Below, piece after piece: positions 1 through 8,787 of a stretch of DNA of 64,000 nucleotides. This stretch comes from an uncultured Kineothrix sp. (GTDB lineage: Bacteria; Bacillota; Clostridia; Lachnospirales; Lachnospiraceae): positions 16,045 through 80,044 of the forward strand of contig CAZFLR010000007.1 in the NCBI GenBank assembly GCA_964519385.1, read 5' to 3'. The stretch's first letter is position 1. Every line of letters begins with the position of its first letter. The position numbers and the translations under genes were made by a program. The notes beneath the pieces were generated by a model. It searched no databases and was not told the DNA's origin. It worked only from the letters and a program-made list of their open reading frames with translations.

Positions 1-3000
1 GCACGGCACGTGCATCTGCGTCAGTCAGATTCGTAATCTTCGTATCGTTCTGATCATAATAACGCTTAGCAACCTTTATCAGATTCTGCGGTGTATTTTC
101 ATACAAATAACGAATTCCTGCCATCGCTACCGTTGTACCTGCCGGCAGAGAAGAAATCGGCGGTGCATTCACATCCGAAGCATTATGGACGAAAATTTTG
201 TATACCTTGCCCGACTTCGCATAACCATCCGGCGCATCCGTCTCTCTGATTTCATATATCTTATTTTGCTCTATTCTCACTGCCGAGGTCGGGTCTGACT
301 TCAGTCTGAAATCATCCAGACTGTTCAAAATACCACTTGCACCCGTAGTGGCCGAAAATACATTTCCGCTTTCGCTCCACGCACCCGTCGTCTGGTCATA
401 TACCCACTCTTTTGCCTCAAAGGTTGCCCCTTCAAGTCTCTGTGACGGCTTGTTCGCATTTACCTTGTCAATGTAAAAAACAATGTTTCCGTTCAAGCCT
501 GCGTTCGTACCGGCAATCTGTCTGTTCGTACTTGAACTCTGCTGTGATTCCTCCTCCACGTAAGGCTGCGGAATCACTACCGAATTGACATATGTATATT
601 GTTTTCCCTTTTGTCCAAGCGTGTATACCTCATATTTCATGGTGAGAGCCACTTCATCCGGAACCATGAGAATCAGTGTGTTTCCATCTATGCTGAATTC
701 ATAATGTGAAGAATCCACCACACCGTCCACATCTGCATCCTGTGAAAGAGCTACTCCCGTTTCTGTATTGATTACCTGCAGAGAATCTGCCACATAGAGC
801 AAATCATCCGGCAACAGGTCTTCTACCCGATAACATGTATTTGCACCCTTAGAGAGTTTAATTGCATCCGGATTGATGTCAATCGTATAGTGAAGTCTTC
901 TGCCATCAAGGGCATCTGCAATTCCCTGGGATTTGCTGATTACCTCCTGCTGCATCGTCGCGGTCGCATCTGCCGTATCCGTACACAGAATATTATTGTC
1001 CGTATCCTTACCCTCAAATTCGGCGCGATTGCTGTAGGTTGTCTCACAGTTGTGTTTCGCATAATCCTCTTCGTCCAGCACCGTCGTGTAATAAAGATTC
1101 ACTGTGTCTGTTTCTTTGATGGCTGTCAGATACTCCGGATAATCGTCTCCCCACGCCTGCATTTTCTTCGCCTTTGAAAAGTCAAAGGTTATGGTCGTGG
1201 TATAATCTCCGGCTGCATTCTTTGCTGATGTATTTACTGTAATTCCATCCGCATTCAGACGATAAGTATATGTATGTCCGTTTGTGATATAAACCGATCC
1301 CTGCCAGTCCTCAGAACCCGATTTATATCCGTAAAATTTCATATTTTCCACAACGTCTGTAATCTTCACTGCAGCCCAGTTTTTCTTGGTTGCGACTGTA
1401 TTCCATTCATTGCTGTTAAGCCGGACGCACCATGTCACACTGTGATTTTTCGCATCCACCTGCGAAACCTTTTTCTCCACATATGTCTCGTCCGTCTGAA
1501 CCGTGATTGTCCGCGTTGCAGAGGCCGACTCCTTCGCCTCTCCCATCGCAACACTGGCATGATTCGTAAAGGTTCTTGACTTCGAGCCGTCCATATTTCC
1601 GATTGTCTCGTAAATAAGCTCAATTTCCTTACCTGCATTGTTTTGCAAAAACGTATTATTAAATGTCACCTCAAACGTGTCGCCGTATGACTGAGAATCT
1701 GTTGTTATTGTATAATTGGACGGATCCACCAATGCATTGTTCACCCTGATTTCCACGTCCGCCTGAGTTCCGTTGAGCTTGAATTCATCCAGATTATCCG
1801 ACCACGGATTGAAGGAATCCTTGTATACGAGATTCTGTCCGGCCGGCACCAAAGCCGGGATTTTAATTACCGATTTCCAGCGCATCACAACATCCGCCTG
1901 TGTCTGGTCCGGCGGATTGGCTGGTCGAAACTTGAACTCATCTGCATCGTCATATGCAATTGCACTCTTTGAGAGGAAAGAGTTTGTGGCCGTAACCTTT
2001 CCCACCTCTTGATCAATCGGCGTGGTCTTCCCTTCTTCCGTTGCACTCACATTATTAATCAGTGTGATTTCTCCCGCGAAATCATTACCTATCTGCGTTG
2101 TATATGTAATTGTAAAAGAATCCGTAACGGCACTTCCCGTAGGAAACGTGTATTCAAAGCTGTCTCCCGTCAGAGCTGCCTTGGAAATCCTGTCAAGCTC
2201 CTCCGAGGTTCTGTCATTGACAATGACGATATCACTCGCAAACGTCTGTCCGACCGGAGTCTGCGCAAGTACATCCGATATCTTAAGTCCGCTGATGTCA
2301 TACGGGGTACTTCCCTGGTTTACCCGGATTGTCCACGTAATCGTTCCGTCACCGTTATTCACACCACCCTTTTGCAGCACATCCTTATTTACAGCCGCCA
2401 CCACCTCCGGTGTCTGCGTAGTTCCCGAATCCGTAATATAAATCGGACGGTCCTCACCGTTCTTTTTCACCGTTGCCGTCAGTTTATTCCCCAGATTTCC
2501 CGAATTGCCGTCATACGCCCCATCTGCAATCTTGGCATAATAAACGATTGTCTTCACATCTCCGGGTGCCAGCGAAGCAATTGTGAATTTCACGCCATCC
2601 GCCGCCGGTGTCGCGGTCACTCCCGTTATACTTCCGGTTTTCGTGGCATCATAAGAAAGATTGCTTCCCATAACGTCATGAATGGTAATATCATCCACTG
2701 CGTCCTTTCCGGTGTTTTTGACAGTAATTTCATACCGGGCAGTATGTTCATTTAAATCTACCGTTCCTCCGGTCTTTGCCACCTCAACATCCCTGTCCAG
2801 ATATTTCTTATCATCAACCGTAATGGTCGGATTTACGCCATCCTTTGTTGTGAACTTCAGCACGTAATCCGCCTGATCCTCTCCGAAAGCATCCTCATTC
2901 ATGGCACAACTAAATTGGAAATATCCCTGCATAGAGTAAACTGTCGCCAGTAAATTATTGTCAATTGCGTAGGTAAAGTCCATTTCGACAATACCGTTCG

Positions 3001-3499
3001 TACCAAGAACATAGGTGCCGACCTTTTGTCCGTCACGGTTTACCACGTCACCGGTCATCTTTGAACCGTTTGCCTGTGACAGTGATTCCAAATCCAGAGC
3101 TCCCTTTTCGCTTTCAGTACCTCCCTTTATTGCCACAACCTTTCCAAGATCATAGCGGAAGAAACAGTTATCTCTGGTCAGTGACAACTCGCTGGAAGGC
3201 GGGAGAACAAAATCTATCTCAATACCGACCTGTTTGGACTGGTCCAAAACAGTTCCTCCCTCCCAGTTCTCCGTAAAATTAGGATCCATAATTTTTACAT
3301 CCGTGAGATAATTTTCGAGCTGATTGTAAGTCACTGCGCCCTCTGCATACACAGTCTCCGCCGTATTCTGGCTAATCGCATTGTCCGCCAGAACAGATAC
3401 ACTCTCCGTTACCGTCTGTGACAGAAGAAGCAGTGCAAGCAAAGCTGCCGTCCATCTTTTTTTACCTCTTATATTTCTACTATTCCTCTTTGTTCTCAT
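1..3499 (-). CDS. Large secreted surface protein with Cna-B/SpaA-type fold repeats, probable sortase substrate (adhesin/pilin-like). Partial: the C-terminus lies off the left edge.
   Basis: Missing from the ORF track because it runs off the window. Reverse-complement reading from the ATG at 3499 gives MRTKRNSRNIRGKKRWTAALLALLLLSQTVTESVSVLADNA, a signal-peptide-like start. The same frame is open where I spot-checked it: DTFEVTFNNTFLQNNAGKEIELIYETIGN near 1600, and EQNKIYEIRETDAPDGYAKSGKVY at about 200-271, a Cna-B-like ET.AP.GY strand. The plus-strand ORFs listed here are Cys/Arg-rich shadows. Confidence 0.8.
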   Translation of the reverse strand, partial: MRTKRNSRNIRGKKRWTAALLALLLLSQTVTESVSVLADNAISQNTAETVYAEGAVTYNQLENYLTDVKIMDPNFTENWEGGTVLDQSKQVGIEIDFVLPPSSELSLTRDNCFFRYDLGKVVAIKGGTESEKGALDLESLSQANGSKMTGDVVNRDGQKVGTYVLGTNGIVEMDFTYAIDNNLLATVYSMQGYFQFSCAMNEDAFGEDQADYVLKFTTKDGVNPTITVDDKKYLDRDVEVAKTGGTVDLNEHTARYEITVKNTGKDAVDDITIHDVMGSNLSYDATKTGSITGVTATPAADGVKFTIASLAPGDVKTIVYYAKIADGAYDGNSGNLGNKLTATVKKNGEDRPIYITDSGTTQTPEVVAAVNKDVLQKGGVNNGDGTITWTIRVNQGSTPYDISGLKISDVLAQTPVGQTFASDIVIVNDRTSEELDRISKAALTGDSFEYTFPTGSAVTDSFTITYTTQIGNDFAGEITLINNVSATEEGKTTPIDQEVGKVTATNSFLSKSAIAYDDADEFKFRPANPPDQTQADVVMRWKSVIKIPALVPAGQNLVYKDSFNPWSDNLDEFKLNGTQADVEIRVNNALVDPSNYTITTDSQSYGDTFEVTFNNTFLQNNAGKEIELIYETIGNMDGSKSRTFTNHASVAMGEAKESASATRTITVQTDETYVEKKVSQVDAKNHSVTWCVRLNSNEWNTVATKKNWAAVKITDVVENMKFYGYKSGSEDWQGSVYITNGHTYTYRLNADGITVNTSAKNAAGDYTTTITFDFSKAKKMQAWGDDYPEYLTAIKETDTVNLYYTTVLDEEDYAKHNCETTYSNRAEFEGKDTDNNILCTDTADATATMQQEVISKSQGIADALDGRRLHYTIDINPDAIKLSKGANTCYRVEDLLPDDLLYVADSLQVINTETGVALSQDADVDGVVDSSHYEFSIDGNTLILMVPDEVALTMKYEVYTLGQKGKQYTYVNSVVIPQPYVEEESQQSSSTNRQIAGTNAGLNGNIVFYIDKVNANKPSQRLEGATFEAKEWVYDQTTGAWSESGNVFSATTGASGILNSLDDFRLKSDPTSAVRIEQNKIYEIRETDAPDGYAKSGKVYKIFVHNASDVNAPPISSLPAGTTVAMAGIRYLYENTPQNLIKVAKRYYDQNDTKITNLTDADARAV

Positions 3500-4292
3500 C
3501 CTTAGATTCCTCCTGCAATTCATCACTCACGGCTACCACTATCAATCTTTCATCCGCCGTTCCGTATTCACACGTGGACATTACAAGCATATGCGAGCCT
3601 TCAAGTCTCAATGCAGCCAATCCGTCCTCATCAAACCATATTGCATTTTTGCGAAGATCTTCCCGGTATTCCTCCAGTTCCTCTTCCGATTCCGGAGCCT
3701 TTTCATAGTGGAAAAAGTCCTCCTTTGTCAAATCAACCAAAGCAGTACAAACTGCTCTGTATTCCCTGCACGCCTGCAAAGTCTCAAAGAAAATACGTCC
3801 GTCCTTTTTCACGAAATCCTCTTTGCGATACTTCTTTAAATCCGCAAACATCGTTCCGTCTTTCATATTATGTGCATGCATCAGACAGTAAAAATCGTCT
3901 TCTCCGCAGCCTGCATCCAGAAAGACCACACCATGTCTGTCCTTTTCTCCGTAAAAATCATGTGTCAGGTAATAACTGTTATCCCTGTAAACAACCGGAT
4001 AGTCAATATCCGTTCCGCTTATTGCAATCCATCCGACACAGTCTTCATTTATTTCCCGCAATGCCTCCAATTTATCCGGCCGGGCCTTCAACGCCTTATC
4101 CGGGCTCTTCTCAAGCTGTTCCCGGCGTTCACTGCTGCCGTATAAATCCGCCAGCTCCTGCCTTTGCTTTTCCTGATGACAATATTGCAAATACCAGTTT
4201 GCCAACATTCCGCAACAAACTAAAAAAACCGCCAGAAAGAAAATAAATGCTGGCGGCAATAATTTATCCTTAAAACTTTTCATCTGTTTCAT
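3480..4292 (-). CDS. srtB: Class B sortase
   Basis: 270 aa. N-terminal membrane anchor (LLPPAFIFFLAVFLVCCGMLANWYL), the GWIAISGTDIDYPVV and HGVVFLD blocks, and catalytic-Cys motif LVMSTCEY. Its stop overlaps the start of the downstream surface-protein gene by 20 nt. Confidence 0.85.
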   Translation of the reverse strand: MKQMKSFKDKLLPPAFIFFLAVFLVCCGMLANWYLQYCHQEKQRQELADLYGSSERREQLEKSPDKALKARPDKLEALREINEDCVGWIAISGTDIDYPVVYRDNSYYLTHDFYGEKDRHGVVFLDAGCGEDDFYCLMHAHNMKDGTMFADLKKYRKEDFVKKDGRIFFETLQACREYRAVCTALVDLTKEDFFHYEKAPESEEELEEYREDLRKNAIWFDEDGLAALRLEGSHMLVMSTCEYGTADERLIVVAVSDELQEESKDENKEE

Positions 4293-4304
4293 TTTAATTT
4301 CCTA

Positions 4305-4331
4305 CAAAATAATGCCTTACCAAGCCGATTA
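4305..4331 (+). promoter_or_regulatory. Weak sigma-28/SigD-like promoter candidate upstream of the FliD-related gene
   Basis: CAAA-N15-GCCGATTA compared with the Bacillus SigD consensus TAAA-N15-GCCGATAT (3/4 and 6/8). It would give a leader of about 200 nt. Confidence 0.3.
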
Positions 4332-4340
4332 CTCTATGAT

Positions 4341-4368
4341 ATTCTACCATATATAGTAAAAAAGGCAA
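4341..4368 (-). promoter_or_regulatory. SigA-type promoter candidate for the sortase/surface-protein operon
   Basis: Minus strand reads TTGCCT-N16-TAGAAT with a TGG extension (TGGTAGAAT), about 50 nt upstream of the sortase ATG. Confidence 0.45.
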
Positions 4369-4399
4369 CAGTTAACATAAGGTTTTTTCATCACTTTTC

Positions 4400-4428
4400 T
4401 TGCATTTGCCATTCTTCCGTGTTATATT
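4400..4428 (+). promoter_or_regulatory. SigA-type promoter candidate upstream of the FliD-related gene
   Basis: TTGCAT-N17-TATATT, about 110 nt upstream of the ATG at 4536. The RBS is GAAAGGAGGG. Confidence 0.45.
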
Positions 4429-4535
4429 TAGTTTATGAAAACAGCTTTATTGTGCCCCAGCTGAGATTACGACACGGATTGTCAACTCTATAATCTCTCA
4501 AGCAGTGCAATTTCAAGGAAGAAAGGAGGGCTCTT

Positions 4536-5849
4536 ATGGCAGTAAATATCGGCGCATTGAATCAGGTTTACAATCATTACCTGACAGAATATGCACCTAA
4601 AACGAACTCGCCGCTCGACACTCACAAAAAAAGTGATCTGCGCAGCATCTACAATTCCATAATAAAAATAAATAAAGAGTCACCTCTCTACCTTCTTGAT
4701 AAAAGCGAGGCTTCTAAGGCTTATGCCGTGGGTTTAAAGGAAAGTGCACATATTTTCCGCAATTCAGTCATGGAGACGCGGAGCACGCTCGATGACGAAG
4801 ATGTGCTCAATCAGAAAAAAGCATATTCATCCCACCCCGAAATCGCCTCTGCGAAATACCTTGGGCCATCCGAGGAATCTACACAGGCACCAACCTTCCG
4901 TCTGGAGGTTGCCGAGCTTGCAAAAAATCAGGTTAATTTCGGAAACTCTCTTGTATCCGGGGATAAGATGGAACTGGCTGCTGGCACTTATTCCTTTGAT
5001 GTTTCCATCAAAGATGTGAGTTATGAATTCCAATTTGAACTGCACGGCGATGACACCAATGCCGATATTCAAAATCGGCTTCAGCGACTAATTTCCAATG
5101 CAGGCATCGGTCTTGAAGCATCACTTATAGAGGACGGCGAAGGGAACAGTGCCCTCAAGCTCGAATCCTCCGCCACAGGTCTTCCGGCAGGAAGGGAATC
5201 CCTGTTTGAAATCAGTGACGAGAACACGAGTAAATCCCGGGGTATTGTCGAATATCTCGGTTTAGATAAAATGTCGCAGGCACCTTCCAATGCTCTGTTT
5301 GAAATCAACGGCATCGAAAGAACCGCAGCCTCAAATACCTTCACAGTGGAAAAAGCTTACGAAATCACTTTAAATGCACCGGGCAATGAACCCGGAATCA
5401 CAACCGAAATCGGTTTAAAAAATGACATAGACAGCCTGTCCGAAAATGTTCACTCCTTTGTCGAAAGCTACAACCATTTTCTGGACGATGCTTCCGTCAG
5501 TCCGGGAAGCTATTCAAAAAATTCCCGGCTGCTCCACGAAATAAGCTATATCACCAAACACTATACAGACGATTTTGACAGTCTCGGATTAATCTTCTCA
5601 TCCGACGGTCATCTTTCCGTTAATGACGAGGCACTGAAAAATGCTGCTTCCGAATCCGGATATGATGACACCTTCGCTCCGGTCAGAAACTTTGCAAACT
5701 CCATGCTGCGGAAGAGCAGCCAGATTGCTCTCAATCCGATGCAATACGTCAATAAAACCATTGTCGCCTACAAAAATCCGGGGAAAAACTATCCTTCCCC
5801 TTATATCACAAGCGCGTACAGCGGAATGTTGTTCAACAATTACTGTTAA
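4536..5849 (+). CDS. FliD-related (flagellar cap-like) protein lacking the canonical FliD N-terminus
   Basis: 437 aa. The central block NALFEINGIERTAASNTFTVEKAYEITLNAPG and the later FVESYNHFLDD and GLIFSSDGHLSVNDEALKNA blocks follow the FliD pattern (xING..sN.f....G.t..L, FV..YN, G....dG.L..d...L). The N-terminus MAVNIGALNQVYNHY differs from the bona fide FliD in this window (MAIRITGMNSGLDTETII). Confidence 0.6.
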   Translation: MAVNIGALNQVYNHYLTEYAPKTNSPLDTHKKSDLRSIYNSIIKINKESPLYLLDKSEASKAYAVGLKESAHIFRNSVMETRSTLDDEDVLNQKKAYSSHPEIASAKYLGPSEESTQAPTFRLEVAELAKNQVNFGNSLVSGDKMELAAGTYSFDVSIKDVSYEFQFELHGDDTNADIQNRLQRLISNAGIGLEASLIEDGEGNSALKLESSATGLPAGRESLFEISDENTSKSRGIVEYLGLDKMSQAPSNALFEINGIERTAASNTFTVEKAYEITLNAPGNEPGITTEIGLKNDIDSLSENVHSFVESYNHFLDDASVSPGSYSKNSRLLHEISYITKHYTDDFDSLGLIFSSDGHLSVNDEALKNAASESGYDDTFAPVRNFANSMLRKSSQIALNPMQYVNKTIVAYKNPGKNYPSPYITSAYSGMLFNNYC

Positions 5850-5867
5850 ATGTTTTTCGCACATTAC

Positions 5868-5900
5868 AAAAAGGAGTGTTTTTACAACACTCCTTTTTTC
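5868..5900. terminator. Bidirectional rho-independent terminator between convergent genes
   Basis: AAAAAGGAGTGTT-tttac-AACACTCCTTTTTT: a perfect GC-containing stem flanked by an A-run and a T-run. Confidence 0.8.
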
Positions 5901-5926
5901 TGTCTGTTCATTCGTTCTTCCTGTTT

Positions 5927-6943
5927 CTATTTTCCAAACTCCCGGTACAAAAACTCAAGACTGAGCATCTTATCATCCACATAATAATCCGCGTTTGGTT
6001 TTCCCATATGGAGCTCGTGATACTTCACGCCCCAGTCTGCCATCTGTTTACCAGTCACCTCGCTCCAGTCAATTCCCGTCACATACCCTCTTGCAGTGAA
6101 AAGCACAATTCTGTTTCCCCAGTCATAAAGTTGGTTGATAATGCGAATCATCTTCTCATTCGGCTCTGCCTGCGCATAATCCAAATCTTCCCTCTTCATC
6201 GCAATCACACCGTCTATGTCGAACACAAACTGCTGACCGCCTCCCATAATCTTCATAAGATCTGCCACACGCGAGAAATCCGACTCTGTATCCACATCAT
6301 ACATTTCCTTCATTTCAAAGCCTTTAATTTTCTTCCCTGTCATGGAATGATACTGCGTCACCACACGCGGACGAAGGAGATCCACATTCCCGTTTTGAAT
6401 ATAAGTGGCCGGAAGTGCCTGACGAGGCATATTATATGCTTCCGGAATATCCTTCATCAAAGGATCCAGATCCCCGTTTTCCTTCAAATACCACATTTTA
6501 TGAGGAACCACCTCATTCTTCTTCACACTACGGACAGAGTCTACTGACTCGTCCTCCAACATCATCTCAATCATTGTGTCGATATCTGCCGGATCACGGT
6601 ACGGATAGGTCGGGCGAAGATGTACCACTATATCCGGAACATATCCCTCTTCCTTCTCCAAAAATCCGAGTGCATGTTCAAAAACCTCGATGTCAAGAGC
6701 CGTGTCCGTGGCATACTCAGCCGGGCGGATAAACGGTGTCTCCGCTCCGTACTCACGTGCAATCGCCGCATACTCCTCACTGTCGGTTGATACAACAATT
6801 CGATTAATATATTTTGAAGCCTGCGCGTGCTCGATGGAATATGCCATCATCGGTTTCCCGTTTATTTTTCGGATATTCTTATTTACCACGCTCTTAGAAC
6901 CGCTTCGCGCCGTAATCAAGGCCAAAATTTTTTTCTCTGCCAT
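5927..6943 (-). CDS. Acylneuraminate (CMP-ulosonic/nonulosonic acid) cytidylyltransferase-family domain fused to a C-terminal HAD-superfamily phosphatase-like domain
   Basis: 338 aa. N-terminus ALITARSGSKSVVNKNIRKINGKPMMAYSI is the NeuA/KdsB-type signature. The C-terminal part has FVFDIDGVIA (HAD motif I) and GKPNADYYVDDK (HAD motif IV-like). Confidence 0.75.
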   Translation of the reverse strand: MAEKKILALITARSGSKSVVNKNIRKINGKPMMAYSIEHAQASKYINRIVVSTDSEEYAAIAREYGAETPFIRPAEYATDTALDIEVFEHALGFLEKEEGYVPDIVVHLRPTYPYRDPADIDTMIEMMLEDESVDSVRSVKKNEVVPHKMWYLKENGDLDPLMKDIPEAYNMPRQALPATYIQNGNVDLLRPRVVTQYHSMTGKKIKGFEMKEMYDVDTESDFSRVADLMKIMGGGQQFVFDIDGVIAMKREDLDYAQAEPNEKMIRIINQLYDWGNRIVLFTARGYVTGIDWSEVTGKQMADWGVKYHELHMGKPNADYYVDDKMLSLEFLYREFGK

Positions 6944-7049
6944 GACAAATCCTCACTTTCGTTTTCGCTGCCCTCATCATAGCACACGTTGACTGCTTTG
7001 TGGAGATTTATTTTCTCGCACCCGCGAAAATCCCGGACAGCCGGTCGTC

Positions 7050-8666
7050 TTACAGCGGAATATTTCCATGCTTTTTACACAGCGACTCCGCTTCCTTGTT
7101 TTTCAGTCCTTTAAGGGCCTTAAGCAGGGCTCCGCGTGTCTCTTCCGGTTTTATCACCTCATTCACATATCCTCTGGCTGCTGCCACGTAGGGATTCAGA
7201 AAACGCTCATCATACTCTTTCATGCACTGTCTGCGCATAGCCTCCGGGTTCGATGATTCCTTAATTTTACGCCTGAAGGCAATATTGACTGCCCCCTCTG
7301 CCCCCATCACCGCTATCTCTGCAATCGGCCATGCATAAACAATATCTGCTCCCATCTCCTTGGAATTCATTGCAATATATGCTCCGCCGTAAGCTTTTCG
7401 CATAATCAGGGATATTTTGGGCACGGTCGCTTCTGAATATGCATAGAGAACCTTTGCACCATGACGGATGATTCCGTTATGCTCCTGCTCCTTTCCCGGC
7501 AAAAATGCCGGAACATCAATCAACGTCACAATCGGAATATTAAAACAGTCGCAGAACCGGATAAAACGTGCCATTTTATCCGAAGCATGGTAATCTATGG
7601 CTCCGGCCAGATAATTCGGCTGATTGCACACAAAGCCTGTCACCTCTCCATCCATCCTCGCGAAGCCGATAACAACATTTCTCGCAAAGTCCTTTTGCAC
7701 CTCAAAAAAGCTCCCCTTATCCACCACGCACTCAATAACATCCTTTACATTGTAAGCACGCCTTGAATTATCAGGCACAATATCCCGAATCTTCCAGGAA
7801 CGGTCCTCCCCTCCCGGAAGAACCTTCCTGCCAATCTCTTCTACCCGGCTTACCACACCGGCTGCCACTCCCATAGTCGCGCTAATCTCTTCCATTTGGG
7901 GAGGGTTTTGATTGCAATTAGAAGGGAGATAGGAGAGAAGCTTCCGCACTCCGAGCAGACAGTCTCTTTCATTTTTGTAAGTGAAATGAGATACACCGGA
8001 CTTAGAGGCATGTACCTGCGCGCCTCCCAGCTCCTCCACGGAAACCTCCTCGTTGATTACGGTTTTTACCACGTTTGGTCCGGTAATAAACATCTTCGAT
8101 GTTTCCTCCACCATGAAAATAAAATCACAGATTGCCGGCGCGTAGCACGCCCCTCCGGAACACGGTCCCAAAATCACGGCTATCTGTGGAATCATTCCGG
8201 AAGCCTTCGTGTGACGTAAAAACATTCCGCTGTATCCGCTCAGAGACGAAATTCCCTCTTCAATACGGGCTCCGCCACTGTCATTGATACAGATGAACGG
8301 TGCCTTCATCGCCATAGCCATGTCCTGAATACGGCAGATTTTAAACGAATGATATTCACCCAGCGTCCCTCCGATGACCGTAAAATCTTCTGAGGCCACA
8401 AATACCTGCCTTCCTCCAATCGTCCCATACCCCGTCACGACACCGTCACCGGGAACTCTTTTTTTATCCAGATCAAAATCATCAATTCTCGACTCTATCA
8501 TCCCGTCCACTTCCACAAAGCTGTCCGCATCCAGAAGAATTTCAATGCGCTCGCGCGCTGTCAGTTTTCCCTTCTTATGCTGTGCCTCTATCCTTGCTCT
8601 TCCGCCTCCGAGACTTACCCTTTTCCTTCTCTCATCCAAATCATTCACTGCTTCATTCCAATTCAT
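7050..8666 (-). CDS. Acyl-CoA carboxyltransferase (methylmalonyl-CoA decarboxylase alpha / propionyl-CoA carboxylase beta family)
   Basis: Strong family pattern: GKLTARERIEILLD, DGVVTGYGTIGGRQVFV, FTVIGGTLGE, GGARIEEG, GPCSGGACY, PRISLIMRKAYGGAYIAM-type blocks. I place the start at the ATG of MNWNEAV (8666) because AAAGGAG lies 7 nt upstream. The track start at 8702 has no RBS. Confidence 0.85.
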   Translation of the reverse strand: MNWNEAVNDLDERRKRVSLGGGRARIEAQHKKGKLTARERIEILLDADSFVEVDGMIESRIDDFDLDKKRVPGDGVVTGYGTIGGRQVFVASEDFTVIGGTLGEYHSFKICRIQDMAMAMKAPFICINDSGGARIEEGISSLSGYSGMFLRHTKASGMIPQIAVILGPCSGGACYAPAICDFIFMVEETSKMFITGPNVVKTVINEEVSVEELGGAQVHASKSGVSHFTYKNERDCLLGVRKLLSYLPSNCNQNPPQMEEISATMGVAAGVVSRVEEIGRKVLPGGEDRSWKIRDIVPDNSRRAYNVKDVIECVVDKGSFFEVQKDFARNVVIGFARMDGEVTGFVCNQPNYLAGAIDYHASDKMARFIRFCDCFNIPIVTLIDVPAFLPGKEQEHNGIIRHGAKVLYAYSEATVPKISLIMRKAYGGAYIAMNSKEMGADIVYAWPIAEIAVMGAEGAVNIAFRRKIKESSNPEAMRRQCMKEYDERFLNPYVAAARGYVNEVIKPEETRGALLKALKGLKNKEAESLCKKHGNIPL

Positions 8667-8701
8667 ATTTCTGCTCCTTTTACATTTTGCTTTGCCCTTC
8701 A

Positions 8702-8750
8702 AATACTTTGACTTTCAAAGTATTATACAAAAAAATATTCCCCATTGCAA
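8702..8750 (-). promoter_or_regulatory. SigA promoter (TTGCAA-N17-TATAAT) with a 9-bp inverted repeat overlapping the -10/+1 region (candidate operator)
   Basis: Minus strand: TTGCAA (8745..8750), 17-nt spacer, TATAAT (8722..8727). This is followed immediately by, and overlaps, AATACTTTG-N5-CAAAGTATT (8702..8724), 36 nt upstream of the carboxyltransferase ATG. Confidence 0.55.
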
Positions 8751-8787
8751 GTAGCAACAGGGATATTTCTTATTTTTCATTCTGTTT

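Noticed and set aside
890-3276. Several plus-strand ORFs in the track (e.g. 2009..2755, 2022..2441, 1274..1579)
   Set aside because: They are Cys/Arg/Ile-rich with no motifs, and they lie antisense to a continuous minus-strand reading frame with a signal peptide and Cna-B-like strands. They are shadow ORFs.
5927-6943. Calling the locus a pseudaminic or legionaminic acid flagellin-glycosylation island
   Set aside because: Only a cytidylyltransferase-family gene is present. No PseB/C/H/G/I, Leg or NeuB-type genes and no Maf-type transferases are visible, so naming the sugar would be invention.
8733-8768. Possible terminator hairpin after glf (AAATATCCC...GGGGAATATTTTTTT)
   Set aside because: The stem needs two bulges and is mostly A-T. 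It also contains the -35 of the next promoter in its loop. It is too weak to list as a feature.
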